Below are positions 1-13,848 of a DNA stretch of 64,000 nucleotides, in pieces; the stretch's first letter is position 1; each line of letters starts with the position of its first letter. Origin of the DNA: Blepharisma stoltei ATCC 30299 (Eukaryota; Protista; Ciliophora); NCBI GenBank assembly GCA_965603825.1, contig CBFDEM010000013.1, forward strand, positions 558,001-622,000. The letters are read 5' to 3'. A program made the position numbers and the translations under genes. Under the pieces are notes generated by a model. That model was not told where the DNA came from. It saw only the letters and a program-made list of their open reading frames with translations, and made no database searches.

Positions 1-2
1 GT

Positions 3-320
3 ATTGTAAAAAATATTTCAATAGGAAAAAAACTTTTAGCGATTTTTAAAAACGATAATGTGAAATTTTTGCAATTTCAAACCCTTTTTAGCAAAGGTTT
101 AATCAGGAAACTGATATTGGATGTCGCAAAGATTTTGCAGTCATCGAAATCACGGCACATTTCTCCTTTTATAGCGATATCAACAAGGAGAAGAAAAATT
201 TTGCTGTCAAACGCAATCAATAAATCTCACAACGAATTGAGCGTTTTTCAGCAAATCAATGATTTCGAATCAGAGTACAGTAAAATTTTCATTAAGAATG
301 ATATATATCATAATTGTTAA
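3..320 (+). CDS. possible 3' end of a hypothetical gene entering from the left edge
   Basis: Frame is open from position 3 to TAA 318-320; no recognisable motif. Confidence 0.3.
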   Translation: MVKNISIGKKLLAIFKNDNVKFLQFQTLFSKGLIRKLILDVAKILQSSKSRHISPFIAISTRRRKILLSNAINKSHNELSVFQQINDFESEYSKIFIKNDIYHNC

Positions 321-635
321 TAAATTTCAATTTAGCTTAAAATTTTCTTATGACTTAATTCTAAAACTGAATAATCAATAACTCATTCTTCTTGTTGTGG
401 TATTTTGGATCCTCTTTATCCTCTATCAACTGAGTCAAGCTATGAAAAAATTGGATATTTAACTATTTTACTTTAATTATCAGCAATTCTAATATTAACA
501 GCTTCTTATTTCAATAAGATTGAATTTGAGAAAATTTTATATACTTTAAACTTTTAATTTTCCTCAAAAATTTTAAGAAAAATGAAAAAACTCAATATTT
601 ACAATTGCAAAGATTAGATAAATTAATATAAAATT

Positions 636-1328
636 ATGAAAGATTTTAGGAGGTCAATAACAAATTTGCAGCTAAGATTGGTGATAAATTGAGAAATAAA
701 TGTAAGCAGAGTTGTAAGTGTTATAGAAGTATTCATTGAAGTAATTTTAGGAATTTTGCTAATTGCAATAGGAACAACTTTGCAGGTGGAGCTTGTAGTT
801 CTTTCAGAGCTTCTTGCTTTTGCGATCGCTGCACCTAGTGCGTTTTATATCAAGATGCCTGACTATAATAAAGTAAGGCTTTGCTTTGGAGCTGAAATAA
901 TTGGACTACTTGGAAGTATCATTATGATTGTGTTTGCTGATACATGGCTAAATGCTTCCAATGCATTTTGTGATGAAATTTTTACATATTCAAGCGATTC
1001 AAGTTCAGAGTCATCATGCAAACAATTAATGACTGCCCGATATATGATGGTTTCTGCGCTTTCTATTCAAATCACTTCCAGATTTGTTTGCTCTATTTTT
1101 ATTGCCTTAGCTATAAGACGATATATAAAAACCCATGAATTGTCAGAACTATTGAAGGAAGAAAGAAAGAGGAAAAGAGCCGAAGCTTTAAGACAAAGAG
1201 AAGAAAGGGATAGAAGAATCAAGGAAGAAAAGAGAAGAGATTTAAGAGAAAAAATCGAAAAAATGAAGAAAGAAGAGGAAGCGAAATTAAATGAAAAACT
1301 GCCATCTCCCATTATAAAAAAAGTGTAA
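636..1328 (+). CDS. hypothetical multi-pass membrane protein with charged coiled-coil C-tail
   Basis: ATG 636 is in frame with ORF 756..1328 through TGA(Trp) 690-692; about 4 hydrophobic segments, then a K/E/R-rich tail. Confidence 0.7.
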
Positions 1329-1905
1329 ATTTAAATTTAAAAATTATGGAAATAGATAGTTAAATTTACTTCTGAAAAGTTATGAATATTTCGGCTTTTT
1401 CTGCACAACTCCAGAAAATCACTCTGCTATTTTTAAAAAAATCAAAACAGCTGCATGCATCAAAGTTTAGAAATAGCAAGCTAAATCTTAATATAAAGTT
1501 AGTAAGAAGAAGCATTAAATTCTCAGGAATGCTAAATATGGATTTTTTTTATTATAAATGTCTGTATGACTCTGGGAATCAAAATTTTGATTCAAAAGCC
1601 ATAAGTATATAATTCATCCATTTAACAGATTCAGATTTTTATTATGTTTTGAATAATTTGCAATCGTAACCAAAAAGTAAAGATATCACAAATATGATAT
1701 TTCTACTGTCAATAATATAAATAAAATAGAAGCATTCGTAGTTAAACAAATTTGCCACAAAATCTATTTTCATATCTTGAATAAGCCAAATAATATAGAT
1801 AGTCACGAATGTTAGTTCTATATTTGCTAAAATAAATTTTATATGGAAAAGCTATGGATACTAAATTGAATAATAGGCATTTACTTACATAATATTTAAG
1901 CTAAA

Positions 1906-3366
1906 ATGCAGAGTGGCATGATGTATTTTCTATATAGAATTCAAGCAAAAATAGCAACATGGGAGCGCGATTCTCATGAACTCTACGACTATAACACAAA
2001 CGAAATAATAAACACCACAATCACTACCAGTAACCCATGCTATTTATTACGTAATGGAAACGAACTTCAATTTTCTCAGTCTTTAATGCTCCCTCCTAGC
2101 ACCCATGCAATGAAATATGATTCAAAAATATATACGCTCGAAAGTAATTTTAAAATAGAAAATATAGCGATTTCACCTGTAGATGCAGTAGATGGGAAAA
2201 AACTGGAAAGAAATCGATATGAAAAACTATGGCTTGTTGTCAATGCACTGAAGCCAGCAAATGGAGTAAAAGGCTATAAACTAGCTGAAGGTGACGTAAT
2301 TAGGCTTGGAAGACTGAAGTTTAGAGTTAAAGAATTAAAAGGAACGCCTAGTCCAGGACTGGAAGGGTTCAGCATGCACGACATGATGAGCATCAATGAC
2401 GGCAGTGACGAGTTACAAGAAAGCCCGAGCAGTCGAATGTTCAAACTTCCATGCAAAATCTGCTTAAGCGAAGCTAACGAAATTGACAATCCTTTAATAG
2501 CTCCATGCATGTGTGCTGGAACTATGAAATACATCCATATCAAATGCCTGCAGCAATTTTTAAGATCAAAACTTTCAAGCAGATCCACCGACTCCACCAT
2601 CTCATTTTCATGGAAAAAGTTGTGCTGCGATTTATGCAAAAAAGCTTACCCTTATAAGATCGTCATAAATAAACAAATAATTGAGCTTGTAGAAATCCCA
2701 AAGCCACCAGGCCAATACATCATTATAGAGTGCTTATGCAAAGACAAAAACTCTAATAAAGGGCTTCATGTGATAAGTTTCTGTAATAAGAGCTTTGTGA
2801 AAATGGGAAGAGGCCAAGACTGTGAGCTGAGAGCGAATGATATTTCAGTTTCAAGGCTGCATGCCGTCATTAAATTTGATAAAGGGAGTTTTTATCTGCA
2901 GGATAAAGGAGGGAAGTATGGGACACTCATACAAATAAAAAGACCAATTATATTGGACACGAATTTAGTTTTCCAATGTGGGAGATCACTGGTGAAATTT
3001 AATATCAAGAAGCAGTGGAGCTTAATTCCTTCATGCTTTAGGGTTTCTTATAATTTTGATTCTTTTGCAAGACCTTACCCGTCAAGTCATTTGCCACTAC
3101 TTCCGATGAATACTGGGATTCCTTTAAGTGTGAATGACCCTTACGAGTTGCTTGCAAGAGCTGGGCTAACGCATGGCCTACCAGAGGATTATAAGACACA
3201 TAATAACTTATTGTTCGAGCATAAACAGCTAGGGCTGAATAGCTCGTATGAAGGAGAAGATGATGATCCAATGGATAATGAGTCCATTGAAGAAGTGCAG
3301 ATGGCAGAACTGTCAGATGTAGAATCTGGAAATGAAGCGACAAATCGCTATGATGTCTCGATGTAG
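1906..3366 (+). CDS. RING-variant (RINGv/MARCH-type) plus FHA domain protein, putative E3 ligase
   Basis: CKIC...PCMCAGTMKYIHIKC...CDLC (C4HC3); FHA motifs MGRGQDC, DISVSRLHA, DKGGKYGT; possible in-frame 15-nt intron 1923-1937. Confidence 0.85.
   Translation: MQSGMMYFLYRIQAKIATWERDSHELYDYNTNEIINTTITTSNPCYLLRNGNELQFSQSLMLPPSTHAMKYDSKIYTLESNFKIENIAISPVDAVDGKKLERNRYEKLWLVVNALKPANGVKGYKLAEGDVIRLGRLKFRVKELKGTPSPGLEGFSMHDMMSINDGSDELQESPSSRMFKLPCKICLSEANEIDNPLIAPCMCAGTMKYIHIKCLQQFLRSKLSSRSTDSTISFSWKKLCCDLCKKAYPYKIVINKQIIELVEIPKPPGQYIIIECLCKDKNSNKGLHVISFCNKSFVKMGRGQDCELRANDISVSRLHAVIKFDKGSFYLQDKGGKYGTLIQIKRPIILDTNLVFQCGRSLVKFNIKKQWSLIPSCFRVSYNFDSFARPYPSSHLPLLPMNTGIPLSVNDPYELLARAGLTHGLPEDYKTHNNLLFEHKQLGLNSSYEGEDDDPMDNESIEEVQMAELSDVESGNEATNRYDVSM
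1923..1937 (+). other. candidate 15-nt in-frame, stop-free spliceosomal intron
   Basis: GTATTTTCTATATAG: GT..AG with A at -6 like the frame-required introns; not needed to keep the frame. Confidence 0.55.
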
Positions 3367-3498
3367 AGGAAAAGAAGTATATTTATCTATATTGTTTAAT
3401 TTTTTAAATTTCTCATTAATAAAGTGCGTTTAAATCTTTATATTTTTAATAATATATATCTGAAAGAAAGGCATCAACACTTATAGTAATATAAAAAC

Positions 3499-3633
3499 TT
3501 CTAGAAATCTTATATGCGCAAGCAATTAAAATATTGATCAAGTTATCATATCTATATAATCATTTTAATTTTTATTTTTCACACAGTAACCTCTAATTTT
3601 TATTCTGTCCCTACAAATACTAAATTTCTAGAA
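3499..3633. promoter_or_regulatory. two candidate heat-shock element cores (TTCtaGAA) upstream of HSP60
   Basis: TTCTAGAA at 3499-3506 and 3626-3633, within 200 bp of the HSP60 ATG. Confidence 0.35.
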
Positions 3634-3681
3634 ACTCTATACTCACAGTATTCTCCCACACCATTTTGATATTAATTTTAG

Positions 3682-5403
<1,722 letters not shown>

Positions 5404-5659
5404 GCCTAATCTCCATTTAAGTAATAATTTATAGACTAATTTAATTGGAGGTCACATCCTGCCAGATAAAGCAGAATTCTTAGAGAAGGTAAATACTATT
5501 TGAAAGCGCAATTTAATTATATTAAAAAATAGCAGAAATGCATTTAGAGCTTCAATTAATTCAGAATCAAAAGTGAACAATTGCTGAGCATTAATATAAT
5601 AGGGCTCTTAGTTTCCGAAATTAAAGGAAAATGCAAAATTATGAGTATTTTAATAATAA

Positions 5660-5722
5660 GTGATGATCTTGTATTGTTTCTTAAACCATGCTAACTTAAC
5701 CACCACTAATCTAAATCCCTGA
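5660..5722 (+). ncRNA. candidate box C/D snoRNA
   Basis: Box C GTGATGA 5660-5666 and box D CTGA 5719-5722 in an intergenic region; internal segments complementary to conserved U6 sequence; terminal stem weak. Confidence 0.35.
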
Positions 5723-5753
5723 ATATATAATAAGATTTTATATTAGTCTTGAT

Positions 5754-6692
5754 TTAACGGCTAATTGGTGATTTTTCAGGACTGCTTTTAAAGATCTCTT
5801 TACTTGGTGATACAGAATTCAATATTGAATTCTTATACTCAGTCAGCGAACTTACAGGCTTAGGTGTCGCAGGACTTTTCGAATACGAAGAAAAACTCCT
5901 ATAGGAATTTTCTCTTGTATTGCATCCTTCACTATATTCTCTTTTTCTCGGACGAATTGGCGTTATAGGCTGCTCCATTATTTCTTTGACTTTTTCCCTG
6001 GTTGACTCAACTTTTTCTTGGAGAATTTGGCTTTGATACTTCTTTTCGGGACTCCCTCTGTATTTCTGAGGGGTTGAGCTATAATTATTTGGTCTCAACG
6101 CTCGTTCAATTGTTTCCCTTTGATTAGCAGGCGCCACTCTTTCAATGATTTCTTCTGCCTTTGCTTTTATTCGCTTGCTAGACTCAATTTCTTCTTTTTT
6201 AATATTATCCATAAGCTCATACTTCAGTTTCTCTATTTGCCTCAACAAATTCCTTTCTAAATCTTCTACCTTTTTATTAAAATCGCCGTTAAGCTCAGTG
6301 ATTTTTCTTTGGAGTCCTTTTTGCTCATCATTTCTTATATCTTCTAGCGAATTTAAAGCGTTTTTTATATTTTGGTTGACCTTTTCTACTTCTCCATGAG
6401 GGTCATACCCTCTATTTTGAGCCAGAACAAATTTTGCATAGTCTTCTCCCCTTTTAAGAATTGCTTTATGGAGTTCCCAGCTATCAGAATCTTCAAAATT
6501 CGGAGTTTTTTTGGGTGATTTTGCAGAAAAATCACTGATTTTTTGATTTAACGTTTTGGAGTATTCAAAGACCCTTCGTTCAACTTGACTTAATTCTTTC
6601 GCTATATTTGGTTTCGGACTTTTTGGGTCTTTATAAAAACTTCCTGATGAGGTGCTTGAAAAAGTCTGTGAAAACTTTTGATTGCTGTTCAT
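5754..6692 (-). CDS. hypothetical coiled-coil protein with many S/T-P sites
   Basis: 312-aa ORF, ATG to TAA. Confidence 0.75.
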   Translation of the reverse strand: MNSNQKFSQTFSSTSSGSFYKDPKSPKPNIAKELSQVERRVFEYSKTLNQKISDFSAKSPKKTPNFEDSDSWELHKAILKRGEDYAKFVLAQNRGYDPHGEVEKVNQNIKNALNSLEDIRNDEQKGLQRKITELNGDFNKKVEDLERNLLRQIEKLKYELMDNIKKEEIESSKRIKAKAEEIIERVAPANQRETIERALRPNNYSSTPQKYRGSPEKKYQSQILQEKVESTREKVKEIMEQPITPIRPRKREYSEGCNTRENSYRSFSSYSKSPATPKPVSSLTEYKNSILNSVSPSKEIFKSSPEKSPISR

Positions 6693-6718
6693 TTAACTGA
6701 ATTTATTAATTTTTGATA

Positions 6719-8470
6719 ATGAAAAAAGTGGTAAAAAACATCCTCGCAAGAAAAAACCATCAAGACCAACCGAAAACGTTTACACAGGACGGATACCTAG
6801 TGATGGAAAGCAAATCTCTGCATAACTTATCCAGTGCAGAACTATGCGAAATTATTTATAAATTTGATTCTGAAGTCAAACGACTAAATCAGCAGCTGCA
6901 AATTCCTCAGCAGGAAAAATCTTCTAGTGAAAACGAAATTATCGCAAACCAAAGGATAGAAGCTTTGCAAAATGAGCTTAGAGCTATGAGGAAAGAGCTG
7001 GAAAATTCACAAAACGAAGCGAAAAAGCTATCGGAAGAACTGTCAGGGAAAGACAGTCAAGGGCTGAATTTTTCCGAGCAATTAGAATTTATACAGTTTG
7101 ATACTCTGCAGATGCCTAATCCGTGCTGCTCGAATAAAGACCAGGAAATAGAAAAATTAAACGAAGAAATCAGATCTTTGAAAGAATCTATAGAAACAAT
7201 CAAAACCAACCCACAGATGCAGGAATTAAAAATCACAATAAATATGATGGAAAAAGAAATTGGAAACCAAAAAAATCAAATTCAAAGCTTAAGTTCTGCT
7301 AATAAAGGATTCTTAGAAAAGCTGCAGATATTGAATAAGCAAAAACAAGCAGCAGAAATGGAAGCAAATAAAGGCAAAATTGAGATCGAATCGTTAAAGA
7401 AAGAATTAAATGCAATGAATTTTCAAAAAGAAGATTTGGTGAAAGAATTAAGAAATTGCAAAAGCAATTGTGCAGGAAAGGAAGATAAACTTCAAAAAAA
7501 ATGCAAAAAAATTAAAGAGATTAAAGAGAAGCTTCTTGTGAAAACTAATGAGTGTACAAAACTTGAAAGTGAATTAAACAATGAAATGTATCAAAATAAA
7601 AATAATTTGTTTGCAATTAAAGAAAATTTTCAGAAAGATCTTGAAAAATTAAATATTGAGAAAGAAAACCAGAACAAAGAATACCAAGAAGCAATAAAAC
7701 AACTGGAACTTTCTACAGAGAATGAAATAAAAATAGTAAAAGAAAAAATTATCGAAAAATCCAAAGAAAATGATAACCAAAAGTTAAAGATTTCAGAGCT
7801 AGAAAAATTAATTGAAAATCAAAATACTAAAATTTCTTCTCTTGAAGCTGATGAAAAATTACTCAAAGAAAAGAATTTAAAAAATAAAACAAAAAAATCT
7901 GCTCTTAAAGCTCAAATTTCTTCTCTCAAAGACGAAATTCAGCGCGAGAAAAATCGCTCTTTAACCCATCCTGAACCACAATTCACATTAAACCTTATAA
8001 ATATTTCTCCCAAAGATGCCCAAGCTTTGCAAAGCGTTTCCTTTGAGCTCGACTCTCTCTATAAGCACCTGATGATAATGATGATGAATGGATCTTCATC
8101 GCTGTCTTCAAATCCCGTAAATTACTCCATCCCATGCCAAGATTTCACTGCTTTTGAAGCCAAACTTAATAATTTACTAATGCAAATTCGTGAAGCTTTA
8201 GATTCTCACCCTGAAGAACCTCAAAGCTCATCTTGAGCCTCTAAGCTAAAATCATCTCTGAGAGCGAACTTAAATTTTAAACAAAACAGCCCTGTAAAAG
8301 TCCTCACGTGTTTTTCTCCGAAAGAGGAAACTAAAGTCTCTACTATAGCAAGGCCAATAGCCCCAAAAAAAATAATTAATAAACAAGGTGGAGGGAGAAC
8401 GCCTGATCCTACGAGGGTTAGAAATGATAATAATGCACATGAGAGAAGAAATAGTAGCAGTAGCCTTTAA
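6719..8470 (+). CDS. hypothetical long coiled-coil protein
   Basis: ATG 6719; TGA 8234-8236 read as Trp continues 78 codons to TAA 8468-8470. Confidence 0.75.
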
Positions 8471-8711
8471 GTAAAATATTGTAAAAATTCAGTTAATTTT
8501 AATATTTGGATATTAAAATATATGGTCCTTTAGAGAATTTTCTTAAATTTTAGAATTTTTGCCTTATCGAAATAAAAAAGCTGCCAAAATCTTCCAGCAC
8601 AGTATGCAGAATTATGATAAAGTCTAATAATTTTTATTAAATAAAAGTTTATATGCAACATTATATGCAACATTATAAGCACTTAATTAAGATTTATATA
8701 ATTTTGCTTGC

Positions 8712-9296
8712 TTAATTTTCGTAAGGCGATTTTTTATGCCTTCTTCCAGACGTTGGTCTTTTTATGCTGTATGGTGATCCTTCAGTTTTAATTGTTCTAG
8801 GAGATCCGTCAATTTTCATAAACCAAGGAGATCCTTGCGTTTGTTTTGGGGAAAATTTGTCATTGCTAGCAGTTGTAGGACGAGTAAAAGAATTTGATAA
8901 GACTTGGCTTGGGTCCACACGTGAAATAGCTTCACTAATGCTTGGTTTTCTTGCTTTCAATACAAAGGAAGCATCATAAACTAGGTGATTCCCAACCATA
9001 TAGTATCCATTATTTGAAGTGTCTTTGTTCCCATGAAATTTACAATATAAAGGAGTTCCTTTTATGCGTTCAGCAGCTATTGATTTCTGCTGTTGACTAT
9101 ACGATCCTGGTCCAACACGAAAGCCAGTTTTTTTTGCTTCGTCATCATATTGAGCAAAACGTCTGCTTTTCGAGAAAGATGGTCTTAATTTTCCAGGAGA
9201 ACTTGAAAGAGATCGGCCATCAAACGTCACAATAGGGTCATAAAATTCAGGAGTCCTTTCTTTCGGGCTTCGGAAGCCAAGATTTGTAGGTCGCAT
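8712..9296 (-). CDS. hypothetical basic protein with one SHIPPO-like (VGPGSY) motif
   Basis: 194-aa ORF, GPGSY motif, basic S/P-rich composition. Confidence 0.65.
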   Translation of the reverse strand: MRPTNLGFRSPKERTPEFYDPIVTFDGRSLSSSPGKLRPSFSKSRRFAQYDDEAKKTGFRVGPGSYSQQQKSIAAERIKGTPLYCKFHGNKDTSNNGYYMVGNHLVYDASFVLKARKPSISEAISRVDPSQVLSNSFTRPTTASNDKFSPKQTQGSPWFMKIDGSPRTIKTEGSPYSIKRPTSGRRHKKSPYEN

Positions 9297-9329
9297 TCTT
9301 AAAATTATTTGTTGCGAAAATTTATAAAG

Positions 9330-10238
9330 ATGCTGCTATGAGATTTCTTTGTCTGAGTTGGGGCTTTAGCAATTTTATATTACCTTGGAAAATGGGCCAT
9401 TAGGACTTTTTCTAAGATTAATATAGAAAGCTATAAGGACGGCTGGGTTATGATCACTGGATCTACAGCTGGAATTGGGAAAGAGTTTGCTAAAGAATTC
9501 TCTAGGAGAAACTTTAAAGTACTTTTAATAGCAAGGAATGAGAAGAAAATCAATGAGATTATTAGAGAAATCAAAAAAGAAAACCCTGCAGCAGTTGTAG
9601 AATATCTGGTAGCTGATTTTAAGTATTCCCATAGAGACCCTGAAAATTTTTATCGCACCCTAATTTCTTCACTTGCCAATTATGAAATTTCTATTTTAGT
9701 GAACAATATAGGAGTAGCTCACTTCAAATTTTTGCCAGAACAAAGTCTTGATGACATTGAAGAAATGCTTGGTGTTAACATTTACCCACAGACCATGATA
9801 TCTTATCATTTACTTCCTAAACTTTTTCAAAGGTATAAGAGAGAGAATAAAAGATCTCTTATCATGAACATTTGTGCAATTATGGATATAATGATCACAC
9901 CTACAGCTAGCATATACTCAGCTACTAAAATTTATAATGCATATTTAAGCGAGATTCTTAGATATGAAAATTCAGAATTTATTGATGTTGCTACTATTAA
10001 GCCAGGCCCTGTGATGACAGATTTGGTGGTAAACAACCATGGAGAAAATTTTCCTATGATGATTTCTGCTGAATCTTTTGTTAGTAGCTCATTAAAAAGC
10101 TTGCATAAAGGGATACAGTATGGCCATTGGAAGCATGCGGTTTTTGCAAAATTTTTTGAAGTGGTTCCTTATCAAATAATGATATTTTTTGTGCAAAAGT
10201 TGATCCCAATCGCTAAGAAATATAATTTAATTCAATAA
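9330..10238 (+). CDS. SDR oxidoreductase, 17beta-HSD12 / very-long-chain 3-ketoacyl-CoA reductase-like
   Basis: ATG 9330 plus two TGA(Trp) restore an N-terminal membrane anchor; TGSTAGIG, NNIG, YSATK catalytic motif. Confidence 0.85.
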
Positions 10239-10257
10239 ATTCTTAAATAATTGTTAA

Positions 10258-13200
10258 TTACTGCCTTTTCGTGTACTGCAGTATCTGATCGAGCCTACTT
10301 GTTTGCTCTGCTAAAAACTTATCTTGCTCTTTCAGCTTAGCCATGGCTAAATCACTGTTTTGCTGATTCGAGGTGTTAATTTTATCAATTGTATTTTGGA
10401 GAGCCCTTAGCTTTCCTTCCCATCCTCCATCATCGCTCTCTTTTTCATACTCTTTGCAGACTTGGATATACTGTTTGGATACAACATTTCTTCTGGTGAA
10501 CATCATGCTTTCTACTTCAATAATCATATCAAGCAGCTCTTTGGCATCAGCAGCTACACTGTCGCTGAGCACTCTTTCATACGTATCTCCGATAATGGAA
10601 ATTAATAAATTGAGCATAATGATAGGGTTTATGATTAAAGCACATGTCAAGCACATCCACTCAATAATATTATAATCTTCCCCTTCAAAGTTTCCCAGCA
10701 CCAAATTATATGAAATTTTCAAATAATCCAGCATAACAGGAACTTCCATTTTTCTTTCCAACACAATGAATAAAAATGTAAAAGCGAGCGTAGAATAGAG
10801 CAAAAGTATCAAAAATCCTGATATATCAACAGCAACCTGAAATAACAAATTAATCAGATACCTAGTTGTCGTCAGTAGCCTAAAGTATGTAATCCCTCTT
10901 AGCCAACTCAAAAAGGTCGCCAAGGCAAATATAGACGCCATCAAATCTGGCAGCAAATGAAACCATTCACTTGTTAAATAAATAAACATAAACATCCCAC
11001 GGCCCCAATCCACATAATTTCATATATCTTCGAAATAAGACGCCCCAGAAATCATCATCTGGAAACACTCGTAAAACAGCAGAAACATATTCACCACAGA
11101 CAGGACTATTTGAAAGTAAAAGTTACCAATATAAAAAGCTGTATAAACGCAAAGGGTTATCATATAAGTAAAAAACATGCCTCCTTGGTACATCATAGTG
11201 TATCTTGCAGTTTCCCATTTATAATTAATAATTTCTTGTACCAAATCGCTACGCAAGACATCTAAGTTAGGGCAGTCCGCTAAAGATTCAAGGAAATCAA
11301 TGCTTTCTTTGCTGCCCATTACAAAGTTGATTCTTACATAGCTTTCATAAAAAGTAATGCCCATCCCTTGAGAACTTAGCATAGACTCATCTAAAAAATC
11401 TTCGGGTCTGACTCTGCAATGTTCAGAAATATGGACAATTGGTAGATCTGCATCTTTATCGCAAAACTTAGGCAGGGATCTTCTATTGGCTTCTTGGTAT
11501 ATGACGTCGTATAAGTCTCCTAATAGAGAGAACCCTTTTTTATTCATATCAACGAGGTCGTTTTCAAGCATCTGCAATATAAAAGGGTTCAGTTTTCCGA
11601 TTTTACAGAGAGCAGACACGACTTCATCTCTTACACCTTTCATTTCTCTTAATAAGCAGATAGATAAAGGATGAAATCCGTCCTTAGAAGGAATAATTGG
11701 CGCTGATTTCTGAGAAAGTGATGCGCTCAGGTATTCTTTGTAGTTCAAAAATGCGTAAAAATGCAGGGTGTTAAGAAATTCTGGGAGAATGATAAAGCTG
11801 TCCATATCAGGGTCATGCTGAGGGTGGATGTCATTTATAAGCGACTTCATATAAGTCAAGAATTTTTGCTTATTTTCTTCAGGACCAAGAACTCTTGGGT
11901 TTGGAGAACTCAGAGGGTTTTCTTGTAAATAGATCATTTCAAGCTCCCCTGTAACTATAAGTTTTTCATCAGAAGAAACAGCCATCGACAATATTGGCTG
12001 CTTTCGAGTAAGAAAAGTAAGAGGAATTCTATATTTAAGCGAAAAAATTTGGATTGTTTTATCTTTTGAAGACGTTAGTAGCGTTTCGTTGTCTTTTAGC
12101 ACATATACAGAAGTGACATAATCTTTGTGCTGCTTGAAAATGGTTTCTTGATTTTTTTCGAAAATATTCCAAATTTTCACAACTCCCATTGAACTGCCTG
12201 AAATGATGTATCGATCGTTCATATCAATAGCTATCGTTGTTATTTGTTCTTGAGCTTGAATGCAGTACCGCTGAGAGCCAGTTTTCACGTTCCATACTCT
12301 TAAGGTTTTATCGCTGCTTCCTGATATGACTGTTTCTCCATCATGACTTACACAGACTGACCATATACTTTGTTGGTGGCCTTTAAGAGGAGTGTTTTCC
12401 ATCGTTCCAATATGCCAGACTAAAATGACTGAATCTCCACCTCCAGTGATTAAATAAGTTGAGTCTGAGGTAAAGCACATATCTCTTATAGGCCCTCTAT
12501 GTGCTTGTATTGCTTGGTCTCTTAGCATTTTGGTTTTTAAATCAATCACATATAGCCAGCCAAGCTCATCTCCTACAGCCATATATTTTTCATCAGGCGA
12601 ACAGCAAGTTTTAAGCCCACATCCATGACTTGTCAGTATTAAACTTGCTTCGTCAGTTTCTGGGTCCCAAAACCTTACAGCTTTATCACTTCCACAGGAA
12701 ACTACGCATTTCGTCTTATCAGTCAAAGCAACTGAAGTAAAATTATTTCCGAGGGCTTTGAAAACTTCTTCTTCTAAAAATTGAGGGAAACTCCATACTT
12801 TGACCGATTTATCGTCTGAGCAAGAAATAATGAAATCCTGTTCAGGAGATATTAAAAGATCACAGATTTGGCCTATATGTGCATTCAATGTGACTTCTCG
12901 GCGCTCTTTGTCAAGATCCCAGACTTTTATAGTAAAATCAGCACTTCCTGAGACTAAAAAGCAGCTATCAGCACTAAAAGCAAGTGATTTTATGCGCTCA
13001 GTGTGGTCTGTATAGATGACGAGAGGGGTAAAATCTTTGATATTCCAGACGATAACTTTGTGGTCTTCTCCACCTGATGCTAGACATGTAGACTTGGGGT
13101 TTGTTGCTAAGCTTCATACACAGCCAGTATGAGACTTCAAATTTAAGACCTCTTCTTGAAATTCGTTATCAAAAACTCTTATTAAGCAGTCATCGCCTCC

Positions 13201-13848
13201 AGAAAATACAAACCGATCATCAAGAGTGACAGCGACACATTTGACCGCTCCACCATGATTTATTATAACTCTTTCAGCAGTTTTTTTGTTCATATTCCAT
13301 CTCCTGACAGTTTTGTCATTACTTGCGGAGTACAATAGATCATGGCTTGCACTTAGGGTGATATAGTTTACCTGTTCAGTGTGTCCTTGAAATTCAAACT
13401 CCAGCTCGAATCTTGGAAGCTGAAAAACTCGAATAATTGGGCTTTCTCCACATACAGCAGCTCTGTTATTGTTTTCGTCTAAACAAATCCCATACAGCTG
13501 TCCATAGCCCAAAGGCACATCATCAGTAATTTTTCCTTCAAGTTTGTGATATCGAGAGACATTGCCATTTGAGCTACCATAAAATAATGTAAAACCATCA
13601 TAAGAAAGTGCTAGACAATTAATAGCAAAAGGAGTTGATACTGTTGTTTCAGCGTTTTTTAGAATGTAGGTTTCAGCATCTGTAATTTTGGAAATGAGAA
13701 GAGTTTGCTGGGGAGATAAAGCTTTTTTCATTTTGGATTTCTTGGTTCGCTTAGAACCGTCGCTTAGAAAATATGAAGTGAAGAAGGAATGCTTTGGAGC
13801 TTGCTGTGAAGGATGTGGAGGAAGAAGAGGTTGCTTTAAGTCTTCCAT
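10258..13848 (-). CDS. WD40-repeat (about 14 repeats) TRP-like cation channel, 1196 aa
   Basis: Three ORFs join in one frame through TGA 13114-13116 and 11020-11022; GH..WD repeats; IINYKW pre-S1; DIWNYVD; pore LVLGNF; S6 IMLNLLISIIGDTYERV; C-terminal coiled coil. Confidence 0.88.

Noticed and set aside
8649-8677. 12-bp tandem duplication TTATATGCAACA x2
   Set aside because: Short slippage-type repeat in a 3' spacer; nothing supports an IES or element footprint
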